64,000 nt of DNA from Camelus ferus. Lineage: Eukaryota. The notes under the pieces were generated by a model. It did no database searches. It was not told where the DNA came from and saw only the letters and a program-made list of their open reading frames with translations. How positions within the stretch are numbered: the stretch's first letter is position 1; each line of letters begins with the position of its first letter. The stretch is taken from the NCBI RefSeq assembly GCF_009834535.1, contig NC_045696.1, positions 52,516,001 to 52,580,000 of the forward strand, read 5' to 3'. Below, piece after piece: positions 52,540 to 64,000 of this stretch. A program made the translations under genes and the position numbers.

Positions 52540-53465
52540 AATTTAATAAATAACTATTGCATGTCTCTTATATGCCAGCATTGTGCTAGGCTCTGGGAGT
52601 CCAATAATAAAGGAGAAAGATGCAGTCTCATGGATCATATAGTCTAGTAGGATATTACTTATGATAACAAAATTAACAATCGAGTGAATAAGAATAATTG
52701 TAAACTGGGATAAATGTCAAGAAGGAGAGCAACACTGTGGTAATATTAAAAATAAATGTGTTGGGAGGAGGGTATAGTGCAAGTGGTAGAGTGCATGCTT
52801 AGCATACACAAGGTCCTGTGTTCAATCCCTAGTACTGCCTCTAAAAATAAGTCAGTAAACCTAATTACCTCCCCCCCCACAATAAATAAATAGATAAAAA
52901 TAAATGATTTTTGAGGTGCCATTTCAGAGTAGTTTGGAAAGGCCTTTCTGGGGAAGTGAGATCTACAGACAGTCATAGGAAAGAGGGGGAGGGGCAAGCA
53001 CTCCTAGCTGAAGGAACAGCATGTGCAAAAGACCCAAAGTGGGAGATGCTGAGGCACTGAAATAAGGCCACCAGAGTTGGAGACTGGTGAGCAAGGTGAG
53101 CAAGGTGAGCAAGGGCAAGACAGACAGAAGGCGAGGCTAGGAGTCATAGACATGAGCCAGGTAATACAGAGCCTTGGAAAAGGTTGAAGTACAAGGCCAT
53201 AAAAAAATTTCAAGCAGAGGATCTATATGACCTGAATTACATTTTAAGAAAATAACTCTTACAACTGCTGAAATGAGATGCAAGGGAACAGGAACAGCAG
53301 AAGGAGGGAGGTGGTTAGGAAGTTGTTGCTGTAATCTAAGCAAGCATTGCTCGAGTCTTGGACTCAAGTAAAAAAAGAAGAGATAAAAAGAAGTAGAAAG
53401 ATATAATGTTTAGTTTAGAAGTGAACTCAGTACTACATGTGTGTGGAGGGTGATGGAAAGGAAAG
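52540..53465 (-). mobile_element. L2 fragment interrupted by a SINE
   Basis: tatgccagcattgtgctaggctctggga...ggaaaggcctttctggggaagtgagatct...gaaggaacagcatgtgcaaaagaccc...ttcaagcagagg. Confidence 0.8.
52763..52895 (+). mobile_element. camelid tRNA-derived SINE (Vic-1-like)
   Basis: gggaggagggtatagtgcaagtggtagagtgcatgcttagcatacacaaggtcctgtgttcaatccctagtac with A and B boxes, then ctaattacctcccc and an A-rich tail; TSD aaaaataaatg (52748-52758 / 52896-52906). Confidence 0.85.
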
Positions 53466-54044
53466 GATGTCTGTTGTTTTTGTATAACTTAATAGGCTCT
53501 GAAAAAGTCAGTTTTTTGTTTTTCTGTTATTGATTTCTGTGTGGACATGGGGTTGTTCTTAGATATCAGACTTTTTTGCTGTGACTACTTTAAACTTTTT
53601 TCTTTGTTTTGTTTGTGTGTTTTGGGAAATAGCTTAATGTTTTATTAGAGAGAAAGTCTCTATGTTTTATTAATTTATTTCCTTGTCCTATTGAAGATAG
53701 CATGACAGTATCTAAAAGTATATTGCTTTTGGAGTTTTACTGTATTTGGATTTTCTGAAGCTTTCTAATTACATGATGTCATCAGAAAGGCGTTGCACAT
53801 TCTGCCTTAATAACATGAAGGTTTTGTTCATAGTGTGTCTGCTTCCATCTGACTTGTCTGCTCAGAAAACTGCTCAGTTATTTTATACCTCTTCCTATCT
53901 TTTATAGTATTTCACATGTTTTATGACCACAGGGTATTTATTCTTCTTATTCCACATATGAGGATGTTCAGTGGCTATCCCTTTGTGCTGTTGTTAATAC
54001 TATAAAAAGCCTTCTAAATTTTAAAAGATTGGAAATGGAAAAAT

Positions 54045-54240
54045 AAAATATGATGTAGTTCTACAATGGAATATTATTCCACAATAAAAAAGAGTGAAGT
54101 ACCAGGGAACTCCTAACACTCAACAACAACAAAAGAATTCAGTTTAAAAATGGGCAAAGGACTGGAGTAGACATTTCTCCAAAGGAGATATACAAATGGC
54201 CAAAAAGAGCATGAGTAGATGCTTTACCTCACTAAATGCA
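54045..54240 (+). mobile_element. short L1M ORF2 fragments
   Basis: tacaatggaatattattccacaataaaaaag and aaaaatgggcaaaggactggagtagacatttctccaaaggagatatacaaatggcc. Confidence 0.75.
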
Positions 54241-54649
54241 ATTCAGAATATCTTTTTATACTCCATAACTTAAAATTAGAATACTTACCATACCAATCAT
54301 GGCTCAATGGCAATGATGTACTATAGCTTGATCTTAGTTTTAGTGCATTATATTCATTATACTTATTCATATTTTCTTTCCTCTTCAATTGGATTATAAG
54401 TACATTTTCCTTTTTTCTACATCTTTCATGTTATCAACAGCTTCTTTTCTTCCAAGTTATATTTATAAGTGTACTACTTTGTTTGTGTTTTATTGTAATT
54501 TCTCTTAATTTGGAAATTCAGCTTTCTTCTCCTTCCATTCAAACATCTTTTCCCTTTTAAATGTACCTGAGAAATTACCTTCTTATAACTAAAAGTCCCA
54601 TCACTTTGCTGTTTTGTCCTGACTCTCTCTCCAAGGTTATTTGGAGAGG

Positions 54650-54920
54650 TTGTTCCCTGGAAAAGAAGAATTCTGATTATTCTGCGTAGCTCCAGAAGAC
54701 AGAATGAAGATAAATTGTGGGAAGTGAGAGGAAGAAAGATTGTAACTCAGTTTGTGGAGGACCTTTCTAATAACTACAACTATGTGACGGTCTCTGGCTG
54801 TGCCCAGGTAGGAGCTGACCATTTGTCAGCTCCTGGAGAAGGAATGCCAGCTGTGCAGTGCCATGCCTGAGGGAAATGATTCCTTCCAAATCTCTCCTAA
54901 CTCTAAGATACCATCATTCA
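54650..54920 (+). mobile_element. L3/CR1 3' end
   Basis: ttattctgcgtagctccagaagacagaa...gggaagtgagaggaagaaagatt...ctcagtttgtggaggacctttctaa... and a terminal ...aactctaagataccatcattc. Confidence 0.6.
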
Positions 54921-57900
54921 GAGAGGATTTTTTTCAATTCCCATCTTCTTCTCAAAGTCTAATCAAAAATTTAAATTAAAGCAAAAATAAAGTAAAATAA
55001 AATAATACCTCTTTGGCTTAGCCACCAAATTAGCATATTCAGGATAATGGCATTTCTCCTCTCTGACTCCCTCTTTGACTTTGCACTTTGCAAAGTTGGA
55101 CTTTGTTCCCTGTTCCCACCTTTCCAATATATGCATCCCTTTCTGTTATTACTAGTGCTGTCAGCTCCCAGTGCAATGATTAGTCTTAGCTACTTCTCCA
55201 AATCTCACTTTTTATTTTCTATTTTTTTTTTTACATTTAGCATGAACTGACATGAAAAAATAAAGGACCACATTGGCATTAAGAGACTAACAAGAAAGTC
55301 TTGCCTATTCCCATAATCCCTCAAATTTATTTTCCCATCTATCATTTCATTAAGTTGAAAAAGAATTTCTTACGTATCTCTGCAACTCAGTTGAAATACC
55401 ACATTGTGTGATACTTTAGTATTGGGAGAAGAATCCTAGTTTGTCAAGTTAAAGGCTTTCCCCTGATTTAAACCATCTGAATACACTTCCTGCATCCCTT
55501 TTTTTGCTATAATCATCTTTCACAAGAGTCAGCCATTTTCCATCCCTCTGAGAATGCTCCATTGTGTTCAGTATCTTAACATAAATCCTGCTGTTCCAGC
55601 CAGACTTTAAGCTCATTGTGACTGAATTCTTAATCTGATGTCTAATATCAGATAACAAAAAGACAGTAGAAATTCCCCCAAATACTCAAAGGTGTAGGAG
55701 TAAGACAGAAGTAGGTTTAAGATTGGCTCTCTTTGAGAGAAGCATTATTACTACGTTGAACTTAAATACAGGTTTCAAATGTGGAAATGATGTGCTCTTG
55801 CAAAGATGTAATGTGTGACGTGAAAGAGCGTATATGGCCTAGGATAATCCCAGTGAGCTGAGGGAAGGTGCTTGCCCACTCCATGTCAGAATGACCTCGT
55901 TGTTAATTAGCCACCGTGGATCTGTCCTAGGTGTTAAATGTCAGAATCATAAAGGCCTTCATGACTAATGTCACATCTTGATTGTTATTGCTAGCGCATA
56001 GTTTGTGGAATCATTCATGCTCCTTATCAGATTAGTATTTCCAGGATGAAAGATATCATGAATGAAAAATGAATGTGCAATAACGAGTACCCTATAGGCA
56101 CTCATGACAAGTCAGGCCCTTTTGCCTCTCACCCTCCCAACCTACTCACCAGCTTTCTATTTTTGTCTAAGCTCTTCAGCAGTAAATATTATACCTGGGC
56201 AATAAATAATATGCTTCCTGCCATTTCCTTTCTTTAAAGGTGGAAATCTGTAATTGAGCCTCTTTCTTGCAATAGGCTTATCCTGTATTATCTTTTTGAA
56301 GCCAGACTCTTGCAACACAAAAATGCTACATCAACCTTTTATATACAGTGTTCGAAAGTCATTAAACCTGGAAGAATCTATTTGGCCTATCAAATTTTTA
56401 TTTGCCTCAGTCATATTTTACTGGGTTACTTCCTTTCCCAAGTGTCAAATTTACTTTCCGTAAGTAAAGTAAACATTAAGGGTATATACCCTTAATGTTT
56501 TCATGTTAATTAAAAAAAAAAACAACAACAAACATATACACACTACCATCCCCTCATCATCATCACCACATACACACCCAGACACATATTTGCATATCTA
56601 CTGTAGATTTATAAAGATTATTTCATACTTGATTTCTTTTACATCTCTGCTAAATCATCATGTTAATTTACTTTCAAAGCTACTTATATGATTGAATAGA
56701 TGGAAGCTTGTGTACATGTTGGCAGAGGGCAGAAGGACAGACTCAGCCTCGAAGGAAATGAATGTCACAGTATGTACTAGCTCTCCACAATCTCACATTG
56801 CTTGTCTCATGATGGCTGCAGATCTTGGTGAAGCTTAGTCTTTTTTCCCCCTAGGAGGGAGAAGACTTGAAACTGAACCTCTGAGCTGAGAGGATAAATG
56901 GTTGCTAAATTATCTCCATGAATGTAACAACAACATGTGCCTGTCGATCAATCATTTTGAGTAAGTTGTGTTCTCCTCTCACTCTAGTCCAGTGGGGAAG
57001 ATGTGTAACATCTTGAAAAGCAGAAAAATACAGGAGTTCCTTGGGGGAATTCTTAAAGCAAAACACAGTGAATAGTGAAGTCTGGGGCTATAACAATGAG
57101 CCAGAATAACAAGTGAGAGCTGAGGAGGGCGTTAGATAAAGAGGAGGTGGGTATCTAGACTCCTAGCAGGTACATGTGCATGTCATTACCTCCCTTTCTT
57201 TCTCCCTTTCCTTGTACCCTGAGTGGAGAAAGATTTGAGCATTGGAAAGACAGACACTAGGCTATTGAAGAGATGGGAGGAGAAGAGACTGACGTCCCAA
57301 TCTTCTACTCTAGTCCTAATACCTTGGGGGTCATTGGGAAACTAGAGTATACAAGTCATGCAACTTTCAGAAGCTTCTTCAGGGTCTTAATTTTTTTTTT
57401 CAAAAGAGAAATTTTTGTACATCTCTTCTATCTCACTTTTTCTGATTGCTCTTCATTTTCCCAAAATCCTTGTATACTTTTCAGCTGCTACAGGATTCGC
57501 GTTGGGTTACCCCACCCAGGCCCCCTGCTATCCTCTGCCAATGCCCAAAGCTACAAGTGACCCTTCCCTCTTTGAGTTCATTAAAATCAACACCCAGATT
57601 CAGAATGCAGTTTATTTCATTTATGTAGGTTTTCAATTAAATTAATTCACATGAAATTATAAAAAAGTGGGATTTAACAATTCCCAGATTTCTACTTTTT
57701 TAGTCTGTGTGAAATATTAATTGATGATCTGGGTTTATACGTTTGGAGGGAAGGCTTTTCCCAAATTTGTGGCCTCTTCCCACCTCTACTCCTCTTCCTT
57801 CAATGAGCCATCTTTCGAACGGTTCAGCTTTGCTTCATCTGCCCATCTTTTTGAGCCCTTGTAAATATTTCTGTATTCCTTTGGACTTAGAGACAGTTAT

Positions 57901-59488
57901 GGGGGTAGTAGGCACATTTTCAAATACGCAAAAATCACAAATCCAATCATGGAGAGTTTCCTCTTTTATATCAATATCTGGCTGTTAATTTACTCACATG
58001 TTGCAGAACTCAATTTTTAAAGATGATAGGAAGTTTATCATACATATTTAATAAGTATTCTTTATTTATGCTGATAGAAATGCACAAAAGAGATTAGCGG
58101 AGTTTTAAACGATAGTTAAATAAAAATAACCAAGAGCCATTGGCTTCTCTCTGCTGTACCTTGTTATATAAATGTCTGATTTTAATTTTATCCTTTAAAT
58201 GTTATTTTTCACTCTCAAAACTGCAGTCCTACAATAGATAATACTATAGACACTTAAGCATGTTATGTACATTAATATGTTAAAGACCACACCCATTATT
58301 TATTATTGTCAGGTGAGCTAAGTTTTGTGCATTCCTAATGCTTTTTCTGTCATCACTCTGCATGTATTTAAGCTTAGTATAACATGTCATAGATTAGAAA
58401 AACTCTTATTCCTTGGGGTTTGTTTTGATTTACACCTACATGTCTCTGCAACACATGTCTACAGAGCTCATTTAAAGGCCAAGTAGGCTCAAGCATGTCT
58501 GTTTGGTGCATGCTTTGCTCCTGGCTCAGAAGTCACTCATTTACACAAATACATGAATATGGGAAATGCTATGTATTACTTGTAGATTTGGACTTGTAGA
58601 TCATTAGAAGAAAGACTTTTTTATATAGCAAGATGTTTAAATGAGTTTTTTTGAAACTCATTGTTTAGACTGAATCCCTAAAAGGGACATAAGAAGGTGG
58701 CAAATTCTGAATTCATAATCCAAAGTGAAGTGATGAATCATCCTCACAGAATTTGCAAAGGAGGCTTGAAAATACCCATTTTATGACCCTTTGCTTACCA
58801 CATACCTTTAACCTATAAAGGGGGACATAGAGGCCTACAGAGGGAAGTTGGGAATTTGAGAAAGGCTTTCCCTAGAGAGATGCTCAGATCAAGTCATGTG
58901 AATTCACCACTTTGACCCTCCCAAAAGGGAGGGTAGGACTTCGTCCTCACTTAACTGGTGTGAGGGACTTCAATAGGACCAATCAAAGAGCTTCAGTAAC
59001 TTTCCTGTAGTTTGAGGAACAGTGAACTTGTGTCTGATGCAGTCTTGAGGACTGAGCACGAGGCCATGTCTGAAGCTGCTTGCTCATATAAGAAGCAAAG
59101 AGAAGTAGCTGTGGCAGGGACAGTCTGCATGCCCAGAGTTTGGGTGGGCTAAAGATCTGTGAATGTATCCCATAGACCTGGTGTGTACTCTTAAGAGGAA
59201 TTTGTTTGATATAGTCTAGATGCACTTTGAGAATGTTGTCAGGAAGATCTAGGAGATCTCAGCCAACAGGCCTATGGCTAATGGAATAAAGTTACTAGGT
59301 TGGGGAGATGCATTTGTACTATAAAGGGAGCTTCAGGTAAAGATCCCTAGAAATTGAGAAGAGGTGGTATCTGAGCAATCCACACAGCACCTGATGGGAG
59401 GTGCTGGCACTAAACTACCTCAACCAATTGAAACCAGGGACAGATTACAAGGGTGCCAATAAAGTAACACCTTTTCTATCCAACTACA

Positions 59489-59490
<2 letters not shown>

Positions 59491-59544
<54 letters not shown>
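59491..59544. repeat. (AC)27 microsatellite
   Basis: Directly visible, perfect. Confidence 0.95.
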
Positions 59545-59546
<2 letters not shown>

Positions 59547-59607
59547 CTATCTCCAGAGGAGCCAAGAGTCACAGCTAATGACTTTTTTTTTTAAGGGGAT
59601 AAGGACT

Positions 59608-61995
59608 TCTTTTAACAGACTTTATTTTAGACCAGTTGTATGTTCACAGCATTAAGCAGAAGGTACAGTAATTTCCCACTTACTTCTTGCCCCCATACAT
59701 GCATAGCCTTCCTCATTATCAATGTTCCCCATCAAAGTGGTACATTTGTTACAATTGATGAAGCTACATTGATAAATTATTATCACCCAAAGTTCATAGC
59801 TTACACTAAGTTTCACTCTTGGTATTACACATTCAATGGGTTTGGATAAATTTATAATGTTATGTAGCCACCATTATAGTATCAGTATACAGAGTAGTTT
59901 CACTGTCCTAAAAGTCCTCTGTGCTCTGCCCAGTCATCCCTCCCTTCCTTCAATCTCTGGCCACTGCTGCTTTTTTTATTCTCTCCATGATTTTGCCTTT
60001 TCTAGAATGTCATATAGTTGGAATCAGACAATATGCATCCTTTTAATATTGCCTTCTTTCACTTAGTAATTGCATTTAAGTCTCCTCTCTGTCTTTTCAT
60101 GGGTTGATAGCTCATTTCTTTTTAGCACTGAATAATATTCTGTTGTCTAGATATACCACAGTTTATTTATCCATTCACCTACTGAAGGACATATTTTGCT
60201 TCCAAGTTTTGACAGTTATGAATAAAGCTGCCATAAACATCTGTGTGCAGGTTTTTGTGTGGACATAAGTTCTCAACTAGTTTGGTTAAATATCAAGGAG
60301 TGTGGTTACTGGATCATATGCTAAGAATATGTTTAGTTTTGTAAGAAATCACCAAACTGTCTTCCAAAGTGACTATACCATTTTACATTCCCACCAGAAT
60401 GAAAGTTCTGCTGCTCCACATCCTCACCAGCATTGGACTTGTTGTCAGTGTTCTGGATTTTGGCCTTTCTAATAGATGTGTAGTAGTATCTCACTGTTGT
60501 TTTATCTTGCACTTCCCTGATGACATATGATTGTGGAACATCTTTTCATATGCTTATCTGTCATCTGTATGTCTTCTTTGATGAGGTGTCTCTTAAGGTC
60601 TTTGCTCATTTTCTAAATTGGATTGTTTTCTTATTGTTGAGTTCTAGGAATTCTTTATATATAACAGTCCTTCTGTTGTTGTTGTTGTTGTTGTTGTTAT
60701 TTTGCATGTGAATGTCCAGTAGTTTTTCTAGCACCATTTTTTGAAAATACTATCTTTTTCTATTAGTATTGCCTTTGTTCCTTTGTCAAACATCAGTTGA
60801 CACTATTTATGTAGGTCTGTTTCTGGGTTCTCTATTCTGTTCCATTGATTTATATGTCTATTTTTTTTTTTTACTAATACCATGCTGTCTTGATCACTAC
60901 AGCTTTTTATTTTTTTAATATATTTTTGTTGAAGTGTAGTCATTTTACAATGTTGTGTCAATTTCTGGTGTACAGCACAATACTTCAGTCATATAGGAAC
61001 ATACGTATATTCATTTTCATATTCTTTTTCACCATAGGATTATTACAAGATATTGAATATAGTTCCCTGTGCTATACAGTATAAACTTGTTGGTTATCTA
61101 TTTTATGTATATTAGTATCTGCAAATCTAGGACTCCCAATTTATCCCTTCCTACCCCCTTACCCCCTTGGTAACCATACAGCTTTTTAGTACATCTTGAA
61201 GTCAAGTAGTGTCAGTCCCCTAACTTTGTTTTTTCCTTGAATATTGTGTTGGCTATTCTGGGTCATTTGCCCCTCTATGTAAACTTTAGATTCAGCTTCT
61301 TGATATCCACAAAATAACTTGCTGAAATTTTCATTGGAAGTACATTGAATCTATAGACAAGTTGAGAAGAACTGATATCTCAACAATATTGAGTGTTCCT
61401 ATCCATGAACATGGAATATCTCTCCATTTATTTAGTTCTTCTTTGATTTTGTATGTTAGAGTTTTGTGGTTTTTCCTCATATAGATTTTGTACATATTTT
61501 GTTAGATTTATACCTAAGTATTTCATTTTATAGGAGAATGCTAATATAAATGGCAATATTTTTAAAAAATTTACCATTAATTCCACTTGTTCATTGCTGA
61601 TATATAGGAAAACAATTGACTTTTGAATATTAGCCTTGTATCCTGCAGCCTTGCTATAATTGCTTAGAAGTTCCAGAAGTTTTTAATTAATCTTTTCAGA
61701 TTTTATACATAGATAATCATGTCTTCTATGAATAAAGACAGTTTTATTTCTCCCTTCCCCATTTGTATACCTTTTCTTGTCTTAGTGCATTAGCTAGAAT
61801 TTCTGGTACTATGTTGAAAATCAGTGGTGAGAGGTAACATCTTTGCCTTCTTCTTGATCTTAGTAGGAAAGTATCAAATTTTTCATCATTAAAGATGATG
61901 TTATCTGTTGGTATTTTTTAGACATTCTTTATTAAATTGAGGAAATTCTCCTTTATTCCTAGTTTACTGAGAGTTTTTAACATGAATGGGTATTG
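59608..61995 (-). mobile_element. L1MC1-like element (3' UTR + ORF2 fragment)
   Basis: gcagaaggtacag...agtggtacatttgttacaattgatgaa...tatcacccaaagttcatag...tgggtttggataaat; ORF2-like reverse-strand sequence to ~61995. Confidence 0.85.
60910..61176 (-). mobile_element. young L1 3'-end insertion (267 bp) nested in L1MC1
   Basis: Perfect 12-bp TSD tacagcttttta (60898-60909 / 61177-61188); same tail family as 35962-36149. Confidence 0.9.
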
Positions 61996-64000
61996 GAGAT
62001 ATATGGGACATATGGTATGATAAGAAATGAATGAGTTTTAAAAAGCAAATGTACCTTAGAAAACCTGTTATTTAATATAGGTAAATTATGTAAACTGGTT
62101 GGAAAACATGAAACAATGGTTGTACTTTCACATCAACCACACCATGTGGGATTTTTTTTTGAAAACAGAAAACTTTTTACAGTATCTTAAATTTTAAACA
62201 GTACATAATGAGAATACAAAACATTATTCTGTCTTTCTCCTGCCAAAAGTCAGAATTTATAATGCACACTCATTTCCTTAATCCTTATAAAGAGCATCAT
62301 GCAATATTTTTAATGGAATTTCTATTTGTTGAGAAATCCTTTGTGTATATTTGAATGCACCAAAACCATTTACATTAGTTACACTTGGCAGAAACTAGAG
62401 GAAAGGGTGATGTAAAAGCTCCTTAGAAAAGGTCAGACAAAGCATGTTGTGTGCTTGTTCTTGCTCTAGCTTTCTTTAGTGTGCCTACCCTTTAGTTGCA
62501 CAAGAACTGTCTCTACCGTGGCAGTGTATGACTTTTGTTCCGTAAAATGCGAGTGATTTTCATTGCCTCTGAGAGAGTAAGTTTTGATTCAGCCATTACT
62601 GATTTGAGTTATCCAATTCAATTATGTTTAATTGGGCCCTCCCCACTGATGAGTTAATTGCAGAATTACACCATCAATATATGCCAGACATTATAGCAAA
62701 TGTTTTTTAAAATTGTTACACTAGTATGATAATTAAGAATGGATAATCATTCAACTAATTTTAGGGTAATTCTATTGTTTGGATAATTTTAGTGTTTATC
62801 CTTCTGTATAAAAGATCTTCCATTCACCTGCTTTTAGGTTTCTGGATGGATTTAATTGAGAAATACTCTAAAATTTTAAAAAAGCAATCTTTAAAAAATT
62901 TTTTTAAACTATTGTTCTTTGTTGCTTTTAGCCTTGTGAGTCATATTTTTTTTCTACTATTTCATACTAAAATAAAATCTGGATGTGAAATATATTGTTG
63001 AGACTAGGATTTTATAATTACTAATTAAAATTCTTTTGTAGTCATAAAAGCCTTGTTCTCAATGGAATTTATAAGTTGTTCCAAATATGTTATGAAATAA
63101 TTTCACTTTAATAATAGATGTTTATCAATTTTATTGAAGGTATTTGTATAAATTTTATTTTGAAAAGTTCCCACTGTTCTCAAAACCTTCTGAAAATTAT
63201 TGATCTACATTAAAATTTAGATAAACATTTTTAAAAATTATTTGCATTGTAACACTCTGGGCTTTGGATCAAATTATTTATATTTTAGTAAAAATAGTTA
63301 ATTCTGACATTACATTTATAACCTATTAATTTAAACTTATGGATTTAGGTTTATATTAATAATGTCTATGAAAATATGTTTGCTAAACATTTTGCTAAAG
63401 ATGACAGTATTACAGAACATAAAATATTTTCAAGACCTTTGCTATTGTCTGTTGGCATACAAATAGAAAATGTTTTTAGAAGTAATTCTCACCTGTTCAT
63501 TAAAACAGTTCCAGGAATCTGATAGTTAGACTTTATAAAGAAACAAATCAGATTAAGGAACACCAGAGTGATAAAATCAGAATTTCTATGTTGTTAGATA
63601 AATTATTGGTCAGATAATCCAAACACTCATTTGGTGATTGAGCACCTATTATGGTAGGTACAGGACTCTTTGTGCAATATAAATAATTATAAGAAGTGGT
63701 CTCTGCTCTCAATGAGCTTAAATGTGGGAAGCAAGGTATAAACATGTGAGATTTAACTAAAAATATTTAATTCAATTGAAGAGATTACTAAAAACAATGG
63801 CTCAAGAGAGTATATTACCAACTGCCAAAATAATTCATTAAACAATCTGTTGTTTTCAGAGGAAGCTACCTAACCTATCCCAGATTGTTATATGGAAGAG
63901 AGTCCCATGTACATTCTTTAAAACTTGCAGAGCATCCATTTTAATAATTAAACATAGCTTTCTCTTAATTTAGGTGTTTTGGTGACATTTTTTACATAGG

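Noticed and set aside
52763..52840. tRNA gene
   Set aside because: It has a SINE body, A-rich tail and TSD, with degenerate stems; it is a tRNA-derived SINE.
53086..53112. (GGTGAGCAA)x3 as a CRISPR-like or functional array
   Set aside because: A short slippage repeat without spacers inside an L2 fossil; the sequence is eukaryotic.
1..64000. CpG-island promoter, or any prokaryotic-type system (operon, CRISPR, defence island)
   Set aside because: CpG is depleted throughout with no island, and the window is clearly mammalian repeat-rich DNA.

Overview
Mammalian, AT-rich, CpG-poor, repeat-dense intergenic or deep-intronic DNA. It is most likely camelid (alpaca/llama/camel), judged from a Vic-1-type tRNA-derived SINE and the style of the young L1 3' ends. 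I recognise no host protein-coding gene. The only ORFs with recognisable homology are broken L1 ORF2 pieces and a decayed ERV-L gag-pro-pol. Roughly half of the window is transposon fossil: L1, L2, L3, MIR, MaLR/ERVL LTRs and hAT MITEs. Repeat family names come from my recall of consensus sequences, not from a search, so subfamily labels are provisional. Most notable: (1) a 357-bp TSD-flanked L1 'head+tail' element (35962-36318) joining an intact L1 5' promoter end directly to an L1 3' tail, either a spliced L1 retrocopy or a non-autonomous L1-derived SINE-like family; (2) a 21-nt tailless U6 retrocopy with TSDs; (3) a two-LTR LTR16/ERV-L provirus; (4) a multi-layer nested LTR/L1 stack; (5) RFX X-box motifs and a few candidate exons/enhancers in unique sequence.
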